Shown here: positions 26,418 through 40,352 of the stretch, one piece after another
Layout: every line of letters starts with the position of its first letter
Numbering within the stretch: the stretch's first letter is position 1
Origin: Felis catus
Lineage: Eukaryota
Assembly: GCF_018350175.1 (NCBI RefSeq)
Contig: NC_058368.1
Span: 112,222,001-112,286,000, forward strand
Direction: 5' to 3'
Length of the DNA stretch: 64,000 nt
Position numbers and translations under genes: made by a program
The notes under the pieces: model-generated
The model's database searches: none
What the model was told of the DNA's origin: nothing
The model's input: the letters and a program-made list of their open reading frames with translations, nothing else

Positions 26418-29400
26418 GTACTTCAACCACGTTTGCCATTACCTCTTGGAAGGGGGCCTGGAGTGAGTCTGCCTCCAGGAATGCATCTGCTGTTTCTGAT
26501 CCCAAGACAGTCTCCAGCCCAGGGCAGATTCTGTGTGCCAGCCCAGGGGGGGTGGGGCGCCAGGAAGACTGGTTTGGATCATCCTTCTCCTCTCATTACT
26601 TGGCAGTGATTTTGTTTTTGTGAATGTTCCATTTCTGCCTTGAGGTTCTCATGGGCTGTGGGGGAGGGGGCCAAGGCAATGGTGAGTATCCCCTTAGTCT
26701 CTGTGGAACTAAGAAACTGGGAAACGCTTCAGATGTGAAGTGGCCTCAGAGTCCAAAATTTAAGGTTGGGTTTTAGGTGATTAGAAAAGGTGTTCTAGGC
26801 ATGGAAAGCAGTGCGGGCAGAGGCGGAGATGGGGACACTGCCTGGGGGCCGTGCTTGGGAAAAGCGTGGCCAGTGTTGCTGATGCATCAGGTTTCTGAAA
26901 GCACCTACAGGATCAGAGTCCAGGAAAGGTGGGTCAGCGCTTAATCTTTGGAAGCCTTCAGTATCAGGTGAGGACTGTGGATTTGGGCTGGGGTGGGCAA
27001 CTGTTGTAAGGTGATGTGGTGCATGGAGTGTGAGGACTCAGTGGGGCCATCTGACATTGGGATCATCCATGCTCCTTGTTCTACAGATAAAGAAACTAGC
27101 CCGAAAGGGGAAGGGGCTTGCCTTAGGTCAGACAACAGATTAAAGCATTGAAGAGTGAGGTGACTCCCCCCCATCCTTGCCACCTGTCCCCAGGACTCAG
27201 AGCCTTACCCTAAGAGCATGGTCACGAATAGTGCCTTCTCACCCCTGACTTGAACATTCATGTCTAAAGCTCTGGCTGGATCGTGCACAAAGAGGAGCTG
27301 TTCAGGCCCTTCCCAGCCGGCTGCTACAGTCCCTTTTCTCCCTGTCTTCCTCCTTTTGGGACAGTGTGCCCCTCTTAGGTCAGAGCCCCGGCCTGCTCTC
27401 TTCTTGACAGGGCGTCAGCCCATTTGTCTTGAATAATTGAAGATATTTCCTAGCTCCTTGTATCCCCCTATGGCCCTGTCTTTTGCTCATACATCAAACA
27501 CCTACTAGACACGTGTTTTTGCAGGCATTATGGGGGTAGCAAGGCATCAGTAGGAGACAAAACATGTCCAATCCCTGCCCCCGTAGGCCTTCCGGCTACA
27601 TTCCTGGCACAGGCAACCATTGTGTCTCCCGGGGAGAGTGTCCTTCCCTTACCCTCAGCGTGACCAGGGGCTGATAGGGCTTTTGGAGGCATGCCCTCCC
27701 CACACAGGCAAGTCTGGCCACCTGAAAAGGTGGAGCTGTCCTCCTCTCCACTTTGCCCCTTCCTGATACATCAAATCCAGTCTCTGCCCAGCCTGAGAGC
27801 CTCTTCACTCAGCACACCAGCCTGGTGATGCCAGCTTGCATGGCTGGCCTTGCATCCCATCCGGGGATGTGGCCCGGGGCCCTCGTAACTGCTCAGAACA
27901 AGGAGCCTTCCTTCCTTTCTTCTGGCTGATGTTTTCTCTGAAGTTTCTGAGAAAGGTCCAGGCAAGAGGCTCAGAGTCTGAATCACCTAGAGGACAGTCT
28001 CTGCCTCCCCACCTATTCTCCCCTGCCCAGGGTGCAGCCCTTACCCTCCCCATGCCTTGCTTTTCTCGTCTGAAAAATGGGCAAAGAGCATCTCCCGGCA
28101 GGGCTGTCGTGAAGATTGTCGCTGTGCCACCGAGGCTAGAGTAATGAGTGAGACTTTCGCATCCTGATGAACACCCCTGCGGGGATGTTGGGAGTGCATT
28201 GTGACTTGTCCGAGGTCCCAGGGCTTGCCCTTGGAAGAGCCCAGCTAAAAGGACCTGGTCAGGCTCTTTCCCCTGCCCTTGGCTACCTCACCCAAGTATG
28301 AGAGCCAGCCCATGGCTGCTTGCTGGCCGTGGAGCTGGGATCCGGATTCTCACCTGGCTCTCGGTGCGGCTGGGGCATTTGGGGTGTATGCCTGATGCAG
28401 TGTGACTTACCAGGGTTTGTTAATCAGGGCTCAGCTGCCTTTAGACCAGCTAGTGAACTATGGGAGAGCAAGTAGGCATTGTTGCAAGCCGCTACATTTG
28501 TCATAATTCGTTACAGTGGCAACAGGAAGCAAATAGAGGAAGACAGCTTTGTCCATCTGTGAAAGGGGATAGTATCCATGCTGCCTAGTGTTTGTGGGGT
28601 TCCGCGAGAGAAGTTCTGTAGGATGCCCCACGTTTCCCCAGGAGTGTAGTTGTCCTACACTGAATACAGGCACCTGTTATGACGGTGCACTGTGCTGCTG
28701 GCCACAGGGGCGGCCTCCTCAGGTGCTCAGCGTGGCGGGGAGACCATCGCTCCATGGTTTTGCAACTATTCTGTGATCTGGGTTTGACTCTTGAGTTGAG
28801 TTTCCTCATGTACGGTTTGCTTGAGTGATTCGAGCCCGCGAGTTTTTCAGTGGAACTTGATTCTTCTTGGGGACTCAACCTTTTTGTGGATTCGGTGCCC
28901 AGAGGCATCCCTGTCAGCGCTGGGGCCAGTGGGAGAGGGCATTCGGCCTCTTTATGCCAGTCTTAAATGGGGACGAGAAAGAGGCCCGTGCCCACCTCCC
29001 CTTGCCTACGTTCTCATCCTGGTTGGGGATACCCCACCCCCAGGTAGACCTCTGAGGGTCTGCTTAATGGGAAGACCATGAATGCCCTGCTCTCATCTTG
29101 CTACACCTTCCGGGGTGTCTTCACCTCCGCCTGACTTAATATTGCATTTCCTTCAACCAGCCCACGCTCTTGACCCTGGGTCTCTTTTTCTCCATGGCAC
29201 CTGTCATCATCTGGCATATATATTTGATTGGGAATTACCTTTTATTGGCTGTTTTTTCCATCCCCACTTGGGTATAAGTTCCAGGAGGCCAGTAAGTTTG
29301 TTTTCTCTACCGCTGAATTTCCTGAGAGTAAATCAGTGACTGTTATAAAACAGGCGTTCAATAGTACTGGTTGAGTGAGTCAATCAATACATTTCTCTGA

Positions 29401-31025
29401 TTATGAAAGCAATCTTTATGAAACATAGGATACCATTTACGTATCGTACCTGTAAGAGCGCTACAGATTGCCTGTGGCCAGCTGGGTTTCTAACACTGTT
29501 GTGATGAACGTCGAGCTCTTAGCCGTGCTGTTAGCCATCGTTATTAGCTCAGAGAGGGGGTGCGGAGGGAGAATGTTGGAATTTTTTTATTAAGAAAATG
29601 TATTCCCACATGAGCTGTGTACTGAAAATCATTTTTAAATTATGTAAGCTAAAAATAATGAAAGTAACTCCTGTCTATCGTAGGAAAGTTGGAAAACGAA
29701 ATGCAGTTCAGTGCAGAAAAACATCACCCATGATTTTCCCCTCAGAGGCTGTCACTTTTATGATGTGTGTTCTGCCTAAGTTTCTGCTACTTGTCTACAG
29801 ACTGAGCTCAGGCTGTTAGTGTAGACTATTAGTCTGCCCCGTGGGTCTTAGTGGTCCCTGGACCCTGTGGATTCTAGGGGGCAGGGTCCAGATCATTCCT
29901 TCTGTGGTTCTCAGGGCTCCTTCTTACCAGTTTCAAGGGGGGTGCCCTGGCCCTTTTGTGGGCTTCCTCAGACCCTCTGTGGCTGTCAACTCATGCCCCT
30001 GATCACCAGAGCCAGCCTCCATCACAGGACACCACATCTTCCCCTCCAGCCCCTCCTTCATCCAGTGCAAAGGGGACACGTGCTAGGGCCATGCTCAGCT
30101 TGGGGACAGGAGGGAAATACGAGACGACCCTGCCATAGAGAGGGAGCCCAAATAAGCCATAATTAAACAGAGAAAGGACACCATTGCAACATTTAAGTTC
30201 AGACCGAAAAGATGAGCAGGAGCTGGAGGAAGAGCCTTCTGGGGGGAAGGAAGGGCTGATAGAAATTTCAGGCAGGGAGGGGAAGGGGGAAAGTGACATT
30301 CTAAGGACTTGGGGACGTGCCACGTGGTGGGCACAGACGGCAGGGGCATGGAGAAAATGACATGCAGGCGTGAGAGGCAGGCTGTGCCAGGCCTCCTGGA
30401 CGCTGGCAGAGAGGGTGGGGTTTACTCTACGTTTGCTGGGAAGCCACCAGTGAACTTTGAAGGGCAGTGGAGCGATTCACTGTGGTTGGAAGAGAACAGC
30501 GTGACTGCTGTGCAGATGCAGGCGAAGGGGTGAGAGGGAAGACCAGCCCATCCTCCAGCGGGGAGACCAGTGGGGAGACCAGCCCATCCTCCAGCGGGGA
30601 GATGCGGGGGTTCCAGGGAGTGAGAAGGACAAGTCGCTCTGCTAATACTGAGGACGGCAGAGTGTGGACAGCAGACGGAGCAGGGCCACGGATTAGTTTT
30701 TGTAGTCAAGAGACAGGGATCACATGTTGATCATTCAGGCATCACTTTGGAACAACAAACGGGCCTTTGTTCTTCTCTCAGACCAGGAAGACTTCTGCTA
30801 TGTTCAGCAAGGTCTGAATGGGACATTGAGGGAGGCGGTGCAGGTAGAGGACAGAGCACAGGCCTGGTGGGGACAGAAACGCAGCCCTCCTCACTGGCCA
30901 GGTCGCTTGGGGCAGGGCCTTCCCCTCTCCGGGCCCCGGCGCCACAAGGGTCAGCAGCATCTCTGGGGCAGCGGGGATGTGAATGATCCCGGCCTGGGCC
31001 CTCACGTCACTGCATCTCTCCGCAG

Positions 31026-31097
31026 ACCCGCCTGCAGGCCGGCGTCAACTACGGGGACACCATCAGCTGCATCCGCACGGTGTACAGGAGGGAGAGT
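31026..31097 (+). CDS. SLC25A48: SLC25A48 coding exon 3 (TRLQAGVNYGDTISCIRTVYRRES)
   Basis: Acceptor catctctccgcag|, donor AGT|gtaagt; 72 nt, phase 0-0. Confidence 0.96.
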
Positions 31098-31609
31098 GTA
31101 AGTGCCCCCCGCCCCGGGGCAGGGCTTGGAGCCGCACCCGCCAGGGACTCCCACGAACGAACGGCTCGAAGCCTGCCCAGGGCCGGGCACCGTGGCCACG
31201 GTCCTGACGCCAGCCCATCGGGCGGGAGGCCTGATCATTGCTTTTGGCTCAGCGTTGCCTCCTCCCTCCTCATCTCACACCACCACACCTCAAGTGTCGT
31301 GCGTCACCTAAACTTAACCCTGACACCTTGTGCAGTGTTACTGGAGAGAGACCTGATTTTGTGTAACCTCTCTGGAGAAATTCTAAGGAATTTGGAGTCA
31401 CAGGAAGGAGAAGTCCTGTGAAAACAGGGTGACCCGTCCATTTTCAAAGCCAAACGAGAGGTCACTAAACCACGCACTCACTGGCTTCCCTTCCTGTGGC
31501 AGGAGCCAGGCCCTTCTGATTCCAGATGTCCAGCGCTGACTTATACCTCAGGTTTCTTGAGACCAGGAGGCCTAAGATTTTCCTTTTCCAAGGGGAAAAC
31601 TGAATAATA

Positions 31610-33112
31610 TTTTTTTAAGTTTGTTTATTTTTGAGAGAGAGAGAGGACACGCATGCATATGAGCGGGGGAGGGCCAGAGAGAGACAGAGAGAGAGAATCC
31701 CAAGCAGCTCCCACCCTGTCAGCGCAGAGCCTGACTCAGGGCTCGAACTCACAAACCCTAAGATCATGACATGAGCTGAAATCCAAAGTCGCACACCTAA
31801 CTGACTGAGCCACCCAGGTGCCCCAGTTTTGAATAATATTTTATAGAGGGTATCAGGTACCCTTCTTGAGAATTAGCGTGTGCTTTCCGAAGACTTTCTC
31901 AGGCCCCTCTTTGGGGAGTTTAAAATACATTTTCTGATTTGTGATGAAATGACTATTTATTTATTTATTTTAACGTTTATTTATTTTTGAGACAGAGAGA
32001 GACAGAGCATGAACGGGGGAGGGTCAGAGAGAGGGAGACACAGAATCTGAAACAGGCTCCAGGCTCTGAGCTGTCAGCACAGAGCCCGACACGGGGCTCG
32101 AACTCACGAACTGTGAGATCGTGACCTGAGTTGAAGTCAGACGCTTAACCGACTGAGCCACCTAGGCGCCCCTGAAATGACAATTTAAAGAAGCGGTCAG
32201 TTACAAGCCCTGTGGCAGCCCTGGGCTTTCCCTTGAGTCCCTGGAAACCTGGCCCCATTGCTGACCACCACCTTTTCCACAACCTCCATCATAGGAGGTG
32301 CCCTGGGGCTCTGGAGCCTCCCATCCGCGCTCGGAGATTTTCCTCAGAGGTGTGTTTTTTGTTTGGGTGTTCTAACTCTCTTGATAGGCTTCTTGACAAC
32401 GGACTACAAACCTCACTGTAGCTGTTCCCGGCGATGTGCAGTTCGTCACTCCCCTGAAAGGTGGCCATCAATTCTCCTTTTTGGCACACATGGTCCCCAT
32501 TGCCTGCCAGCCAATATCCCAGCGCCGGGGGTTTTGTGGGAACTGTGGGCGTTCCTTGGAGACACAGCACTTTGGGGCTAAGTGATGTCCCACATTATCT
32601 GGAGGAGCTTGTTTTGGAGGGAGGACCTGAGGCAGGCTGTGTGTGAACGTGTGCGTGGGAGGCGTCCTGCCTCTGACAGATAGGGCACAAACCCCTAGGT
32701 CAGGATTAGCAGGTTTGTGTCAGCCCTGGAGTTTGTACAACAGCTTCCTGGTGCTTTTTCGCTTTTGGCACAGAGCTAAAAGTATGTGCTGGCCTAACTC
32801 CTCCAAGGGCCTCTGGAATTTTCCAGGTTTCAGAGGAGTGTCTGTGATGTTCCTCAAGAGTGCAGGGTGGAGGGGAGCCTGGGTGGCTCAGTCGGTTAGG
32901 CGTCCGACTTAGGCTCAGGTCATGACCTCACAGTTTGTGGGTTCAAGCCCTGCACTGGGCTCTGGGCTGACAGCTCAAGTTCTGTGTCTCCCTCTCTCTC
33001 TGCCCCTCCCCAGCTCGTTCTCTGTCTCTCCCTCCCTGTCTCCCTCCCTCCCTCTCTCCCTCCGTCACTCTCTCCCTCTCTCAAAAATAAATAAACATTA
33101 AAAAAAATTTTT
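31610..33112. mobile_element. Three CanSINEs in intron 3 (31610-31824 -, 31955-32172 -, 32872-33112 +)
   Basis: SINE bodies with TSDs tgaataatatttt, tgaaatgac and agagtgcag respectively. Confidence 0.92.
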
Positions 33113-33775
33113 TTTAAAAGAGTGCAGTGTGGAAAGGATCCTCTCCTCAGCCTGCAGCCCCCTCTCCTGTGGTTTCCGCGTATGTGCAGAAGCCTTCTGA
33201 GGACTCTGCTCCCCTTAGACCCTCCCCATAGACTTGGCCCATTGAATTTTAGTCACCTGTCAGTTTGTCTGGCCCTGTCCCCCTCCCCTTTCCTGCACCC
33301 AGAGCGTAGGCTCAGTGAGGGCAGCGAGGATTTCTTATGGTGTCCCCATGTCCCCCTGGCACCTGGCAGATGTTTCAGAGAATGGTGCTTGGCAAGTCTG
33401 TGCTACCCTCTAGGGCTCCTCGCAGCCTGATATCCGTCCAGCCCAAGAACACGGCCACCCTGGTGGCAAATACGCATTCCAGGCCCAGGACACCTAGACT
33501 CCGGAAACAAAACTGCATACACGCGCTGATTTCTCCGCCCAGGGCAAGAATGCCCTGGAGAGCACCCCCTCACCTGCGATGGCTCTCCTATCACTCAGCA
33601 TCCTCTTGTATTCTTGTCACTGTCATAATGATTTATTTTTCCTGTAGTGTCACCTCACCAGCCTGCGGGCTCCCAGGCGGGCAGGGACTGTGTGGAGGGC
33701 AGCGTGGGGAGCTCGGCGCCTTGGCCTGCAGACGTCCCCGGGCCCTCATGCTCCACCGCCCTCGTTTTCCCACAG

Positions 33776-34034
33776 GTCTTCGGCTTCTTCAAGGGCATGT
33801 CCTTTCCCCTTGCCAGCATCGCGGTCTACAACTCTGCGGTGTTTGGCGTCTTCAGTAACACGCAGAGGTTCCTCAGCCAGCACCACTGCAGGGAGCCCGG
33901 GGCCAGCCCGTCCGGCACCCTGTCTGACCTTCTCCTGGCCAGCATGGTGGCTGGCGTGGTCTCTGTGGGGCTGGGCACGCCTGTAGACCTCATCAAGATC
34001 CGGCTGCAGATGCAAACACAGCCTTTTCAGGAAG
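33776..34034 (+). CDS. SLC25A48: SLC25A48 coding exon 4 (VFGFFKGMSFPLASIAVYNS...PVDLIKIRLQMQTQPFQE)
   Basis: Acceptor gttttcccacag|, donor G|gtaaga; 259 nt; second carrier signature PVDLIK. Confidence 0.97.
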
Positions 34035-34199
34035 GTAAGAGTAGGGGAGGGGTCCTGATGCCTGGGTACCTGCGACCCTTGGCTGGTTCGCCGGTCTGGG
34101 CTGCAGTTGTTAATATCCTTTGCATTGAGCAGAGCATCTGCATTGTCACGTGATAGTCTATAATTATTCTTCTTATCTGTAGTAGCTATCATTAATTAG

Positions 34200-34530
34200 A
34201 TGATTAATCAGTTGTTCTGTGCCAGGTGCCTACCTAGAGCCCTGTGTATGTTCACTTAATTGGTCTTCATAACAATTGTGTAAGGCAGGTACTATTACTG
34301 TGTCCATTTTGCAGAGGAGAAAACCAAGTCTCTCAGAGGTTGAGACACTTATACAAGGCCACACAGCTAATGACCGGTGGGTGAGGAGCAGCTACATAAT
34401 TTGCAGTGTCCAGTGTGGGAGGAAAATGTGGGATTCTTTATCGAAAAATTATTAAGAATTTTCAGAGAGCATCCCAGAGCATTAAATCAGGCATGGGGAC
34501 CTGAGGAACTCACAGACGGATCTGAAACCC
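34200..34530 (-). mobile_element. MIR followed by a MER91-like hAT remnant (about 34383-34530)
   Basis: MIR core ccattttgcagaggagaaaacc; gctacataatttgcag...aaaaattattaagaatttt...agagcattaaa resembles MER91. Confidence 0.7.
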
Positions 34531-37500
34531 ACACACTTGTCCACAACACCAGGGTGTGCAGCCAGGACGTCTCATACCTAGACCACCGGCTATAGGGGGT
34601 GAGGGGTCACTCCTCTCCCCCTCCTTGACTTTGTAGTTAGAGCTTCATTTCTTGGTGTGCTACACAGCAACCCTGTACCACATGCCGAGTCTGTTACTTC
34701 CTCTCTGCTGAGAAAGGAGTTTCTGCGTCTTTTCCTGGGAGTGGTTTTGATAAAGGAGGATGGAAAGAACGGGAAGGCACTTGGTGTGCAGAGTAGAAAG
34801 TGCCAGCTTGCACGGAAGGACAAGCTGGGGGCCTTAGGTTTCAATCCCTCCACGTACAGTTCTTGACTCTGACTGCACTCTGTCTCATCAGGTTAAGATA
34901 CGCCCCTGCCTGGGCCACCGTCTCCTTTCTGTATAATGGAAGGGCTGGATCTGTGGTGCTTCCTGACACCTCAGATGTCTGGTCTGGGCTGACAGCTCTC
35001 ATGGATAAGACTCCTCTCCCTGGCAGCCTTTTGAATGACCTGTATGTGACGTCTTTGCCCTCAGAGGCTGGGGCTCAGCTGAGCTCCACAGTCAAAGCCC
35101 TGTAATATACTGGGGAGCATTCCAGCCAGCCCAGCAGCTCTTCTGCCTTGATTCAGCCCGCACATCTTGTCCAGCCCAGGATGTATTCGGGACAAGGCTG
35201 TACATTCCCTGAGCACAATGCTGGTATCCCCACTGGGGCATGTGGAGGGCCTGGGACCAGCGGCCCTAGCCAGTTGCGTCATGCCTCAAGGATGCTCAGT
35301 ACCCCCCAGGCCCACGGTCACTGTCATCATGTGGGTGACACAGGGCAACAAACAGGTTGGCTCATCCGGAGGGTTACAGCACACCCCTGTTGGGACCTCT
35401 AAGAGACCTGCGGAGCAAGGGGATCCCACCTCCGCCTGTTTGACATACTGAGTCATGTCTTGGTACAACTTAGTTGAGTCGAAGGGTTGCACCTCACAGA
35501 AATGTCTGAAGCTTGCTGATCTGGTCCTGTCCCAGAGGCAAAAGCAAAGATGTAGAGGAATGAACATCATGAACAGACTGAGAACAGGGAGTCCTGGCCC
35601 CCAGCCTGGTGTTTTCTCTGTCCTATTTCAGGAAAGCTTTATGTACGTCTCAGGCAGAGAGGAACTCTCCCCTTAAGTCTTAAAACTCTTTGGGTCTGGA
35701 TGTTGGAAGATTTACCATTGATGAGTCTTCTGCTCCTGGGGGCAGACCTGCGTCCTTCACAACCTGGGCACTTTGACCCCGGAAAGGGAGGAAAAAGGGC
35801 TAGGCATACGTGTGCCTACTGGGGGAGGCGAGGCACAGCCAGCCCAGACACCGGGGGAGGTGTTTCAAGAAATGCCTTCCTTAGGAAAGCCATTTGGAGC
35901 CAAATTAAGTGATTCCATCCTCTGTCCTGCCCTCTCCCACCCCCAACCTTCCCCACGGAGGGTGCTAGAATGGTGGCTATAACCTGACAGGCCAAGGCCT
36001 GAACCACAGGGGATCTTGAGGCCAGGCTAAAAGCCTCTGGCGCTTGGAGGAAGGATGGGAGACAGTCCAGGAAGGGCCAGACCCAAGAAGGGTCCCAAAG
36101 CTGGGTGCAACCAGCCAGTTTTAGGGAGCTGGGCAGCTGCAATAGCTCACTGGATGCCTGACCGTGTGTGTGCCTTTCAACTCACACCCCAGCTCGACAC
36201 TGTAAGGTCTGTATAGCTGTTAGCCCTGTTCATTTACCCAGCACACTAGGTACGCACTTGATCCGGGCCAGCACAGCACTGAGGGTCACCTGTGCTTGCT
36301 CACCAGCAACCAAGAGAGCCTGACGTATAGCCCTCCCAAGCTATAGCCCTCCCAGGCTATAGCCCTCTCTTTAGCCGATCCCTCGAGGCAGCAACAGAAA
36401 ATGAACATGTGTTTATTCTGTCCTTTTCAATGTGCCACGAAACTGGCCTTTTGTGGACTTAGGGGAGGCTCTTAATAAGAGGACAGGGGAATTTCCTGCA
36501 GGCAAACATTTCTCAGCTCTGCAGTTCTAAGTCTTAGCACCTGGGCCCCCCGGGGCTTAGCTGGCAGGTGTGAGGACAAAGGCGGTTTACCTGAGCAAGT
36601 GCAGGGAGGGTAGAAACGAGGACTGCAGCATCCGCCTGAGCTGTGCTCCCCAAGCCTCTCGTCTGGGCTCAGCCAGATCACAGCAGTGGGGGCTGAGTAG
36701 CTAGTATTTACTGAACCTGTATCCTGTGCCAGGCACCATGTGAAGAGCTCAGTGTGAGTCTCATCTTCCTAGCAACCCCGTTCCTAGACCTTTACAAAAG
36801 GGAGCCCGAGGCATGTCGTGAGGTTCCTCCCCCGGGGGGAAGTGGAGTGACTCAGGGCCCACTGGTGCTGTTTCTTTGTCTGCCCGGATGTAGAGGCAGC
36901 TTTGATAACACTCCTCGGGCCTTGGCACAAAGTTACCCCAAATCTAGCATCGGTCTTGAGGGAGAAAGTGGGCTGGGAGCATGTCTCCAAAAGGACATTG
37001 TTTAAAGTAATAGGCCCCGCTCCTGGAATCCAAGGGATGGGTGTGAATTCTGTGTCTGCCTGGTCTGTTGTTCACCCCCAGTCCAGCTGCCTGGGGCGGG
37101 AGAGCGGGGGTGGGGGCTGGGGGGAGGTCTTTGGTAGCTATCATACTGCGGGGTATGGAGCAGGAGAGGCTGGCACTGGGCCACCAGGCCGTACTTTGCG
37201 CCAGGAGCCTCTCCAGGAAAGCGGAAGGACGCGGCTTTCTTTTCCTCGTCCCTCAGAAACCCTCTAGGCCAGAGATGGAAGGCTCAAAGACTCACTGAGA
37301 CCTGGGAGGTATCATAAGTGAGCAGAGGTGCCTGGAAAGTGTACCCACTTCCGTTTTACTTGGCACCCACAGCCCTCCTAACCCACATCTCATTTTTCCT
37401 CTTTTGACTGAAACGTGGACACAGAACACGTTTCACTTTCGCTATCACTCTGCCATTGCAAAAGCAGCAGCTCAGGCACGAGTCAGCTTTGGTGCCAGGG

Positions 37501-38074
37501 AAGGCAGCAGGGAGTGGTGGGGACTGTGGCAAGGGTGGCTCACATCCTGTCTGAGGGGTCAGCTATGACCCCATCCCAGGTCCCAGTTGCCGCATGGCCT
37601 GGATTGGAAATTGTCAGACAAACTAATTAAGAACAAAACCGGACACAGACACAACGCCGTGAAGCCCGAAGCACTGTGTGGACTGGATCAGCGTGTGGCT
37701 GGTCCTGACTTACCAGCTTGTGGTCTTGGTTCTGGGTCAGGCCCGCTCCGTGTGGTGACTGTGCTGAGCTGGGCGTTTGCAGGCAGCCTTGGGCAGGGCT
37801 TGTGGGATTGTCCACGGTTTGTGGCTTTACCCCAGAATTGTCCAAACCACTTCCTGGGTAGAGACGATGGGCCGTGAGAGACTGTGCCCATATACTGAAG
37901 CTGGGTGCCGGGGGTCTCTGGCATCTTTGCTTTGGGACATGTGACAGGTAGAATGGAGGCCACGTCAAGGTCAGAGTTCAGCTCAGCTGAAGGCTTGCAA
38001 ATATAGCACCAGGGAGCTCATCCTGATTATCTACCAGTGGTGACCCGTGGTTGAAAAGGTACAAAAGACATGAA

Positions 38075-38206
38075 GCTCCTGGGTGGCTCAGTCAGTTAAG
38101 TGTCTGTCTCTTGTCTTGGGCTCAGGTCCTGATCTCACAGTTTGTGGGTTCGAGCCCCGCATCAGGCTCTGTGCTGACAGTGCAGAGCCTGCTTGGGATT
38201 CTCTCT

Positions 38207-38255
<49 letters not shown>

Positions 38256-38380
38256 CCCCTCCCTCCCTCCCTCCCCCCCTCTCCCTCTCCCTCCCTCCTT
38301 CCCTCCCTCCCCTCCCCTCTCTGGCTCTCCCTGACTTGTAGTTTCTCTTTCAAAATAAATGAATAAACTTTAAAAAAAAT
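38075..38380 (+). mobile_element. CanSINE with expanded (CT)n/(CCCT)n tract
   Basis: ctcctgggtggctcagtcagttaag head; long pyrimidine tract; aaaataaat tail. Confidence 0.9.
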
Positions 38381-40139
38381 GTAAATAAGACAGAACATTA
38401 AATGTAGAGGGAGAATGTCCAAATATAATCACTGTTACTACAGTAATGTGTTTCTTTTTCTAAATAAAGTATGTATTTTAATTATTTAAATATAAAGTAT
38501 TTTAATTAAAATATTTTAAGAGGTTGTCCTTATATAGACAGTTTCATATTCTAAGTCAATATTATAACAAATATTTTCCATGTTATGAAAATGGCATATA
38601 AAATTACTTAAAAGAGATGGCTAATATTTAAAATCGATGTGCATCTCTGTGCACACAAGGCCCACAGACACACATGTATCGAGAGGGATGATACAGTGTG
38701 GCAAAAATGCAGTTTCTGGAGTTAGACTGCCTGCTTCTAATCCTACCTCCGTGAGAACCCAGGACCTCTGGGTAGCTCCCCTAACGTCACCCAGCCTCAG
38801 TTTCCTCATCGGCAAAGCAGGCATAACCATACTAGCTACTTCATAACTGGGGTAGAACGGAATGATGTATCACACGTGACTATTTTAGCACAATGCCTAG
38901 CTCGTTGAAAACATGAAATAAGTGTTAGCTGTACTATTAAACTTCTGAAACCACGTTTCCTGTGATGGACGTTTAGGTTTTTGACCGTTTGTTCTCTTTT
39001 GAAAATAGTAATGTGCTCAGGCAACGTGTCCATAAGGAGTTGCTTTCAGTTAGGGTTGTTTCCCTAAATGTGTGGGCTCTTTGATTCATGAATGAGTCAA
39101 AAGTTCTGGTCATTTTTAAGATTCTTGGCACATACTGTGAAATTGTTGTACAGAAGCGTTTTACCAAATTACATCAGCAGTTGCCGAAGTTGAGAGGGAA
39201 GTTCTGTCTGGCTCTGACTGCCGCTGCATACTAAACAGCAGTTACCCGGCACGAAAACTCTTGTAACTTAGCAGAGGTTTTCTGTTGGTGCCCCTGCCGC
39301 TTGGCCGGCAAGGAAAGGCTGGCCTGAGTTCAGCTGGATGTGGCCTGGACTGTAAGGCACCTGTGAAGAAACCCTCCCTTTTGAGTCATCCTTACCCTGT
39401 GTGTGGGCATGAGCCTCCCTGGGTGCCCCACCGGGCCTGAACTGGAATTCAGGGCTGTGGTCCCAGAGGCCAGCAATCCCTCTGCCGCCTGGGCCAAGTC
39501 GTATCCTGGAGGTCTATGGCCATTCACACTCACTTCTCCATCTTGAGCTTTCAGGTCTGTGTTTTAACTCAGAGCCTGATTAATGTGCGTATCACAAAGA
39601 CCTCAACCCCCCAGGAGGGCAGAGTTTGGGGCCTGGAGGAGGAGGGCTCAGCATTAACTCTGTGCTGACCAGCCTCTAATTTCACCAGGCCCGGTTGAAG
39701 GCAGAGAGCTGAGTGTTCTACCTGTTGGAACACAGTCTCTGGTTCTTTCATTCACAAGCCTTTCCTGAGCTCTTGCTGTGAGCCACGCAGAGTAGATAAA
39801 TCAGAGGTATCAGATGCACAGCCCCTGCCTCCAGGGAGCACACAGTCTGGTGGGGTGTAGCGAAATGAGAAGGGCCTATGGAAGGCTCTGGCACCTCGGA
39901 GTCTGGCTCTGCAGGTCAGGAAGACTCCAGGGAGCAAGTGGCCATTGATGGGGTGTTTGAATATCGGCTAGGCTTTGGAGAGGAAAATGTCGTGATGGAG
40001 AGGGGTTTCAAACAGAGGAAACCTGTAGGGACAGGGTCAGAGGTGGGAAAAAGCAGGCATGTGACAGAACGAGTGAACCGTTCTTGGTTAGGGCAGGGAG
40101 GGGAAGGTGCAGGGTGAGTTGTGAACATCTTGGATTTCC

Positions 40140-40352
40140 TTTTTTTTTTTTAATTTTTTAATGTTTATTTTTGAGAGAGACAGAGTGTGAGTGGGGGAGG
40201 GCCAGAGAGAGAGGGAGACACAGAATCCGAAGCGGGCTCCAGGTTCTGAGCCGTCAGCACAGAGCCTGATGTAGGGCTCGAACTCACGAACTGTGAGATC
40301 ATGACCTGAGCTGAATTTGGACACTTAACCAACTGAGCCACCCAGGCACCCC
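40140..40352 (-). mobile_element. CanSINE
   Basis: Typical body; near-perfect TSD tgaaca(t/g)cttggatttc. Confidence 0.92.

Noticed and set aside
30535..30602. Short direct repeats here and at 36326-36366 and 51828-51888
   Set aside because: Two to three copy local slippage duplications without spacers; not CRISPR-like and no sign of function.
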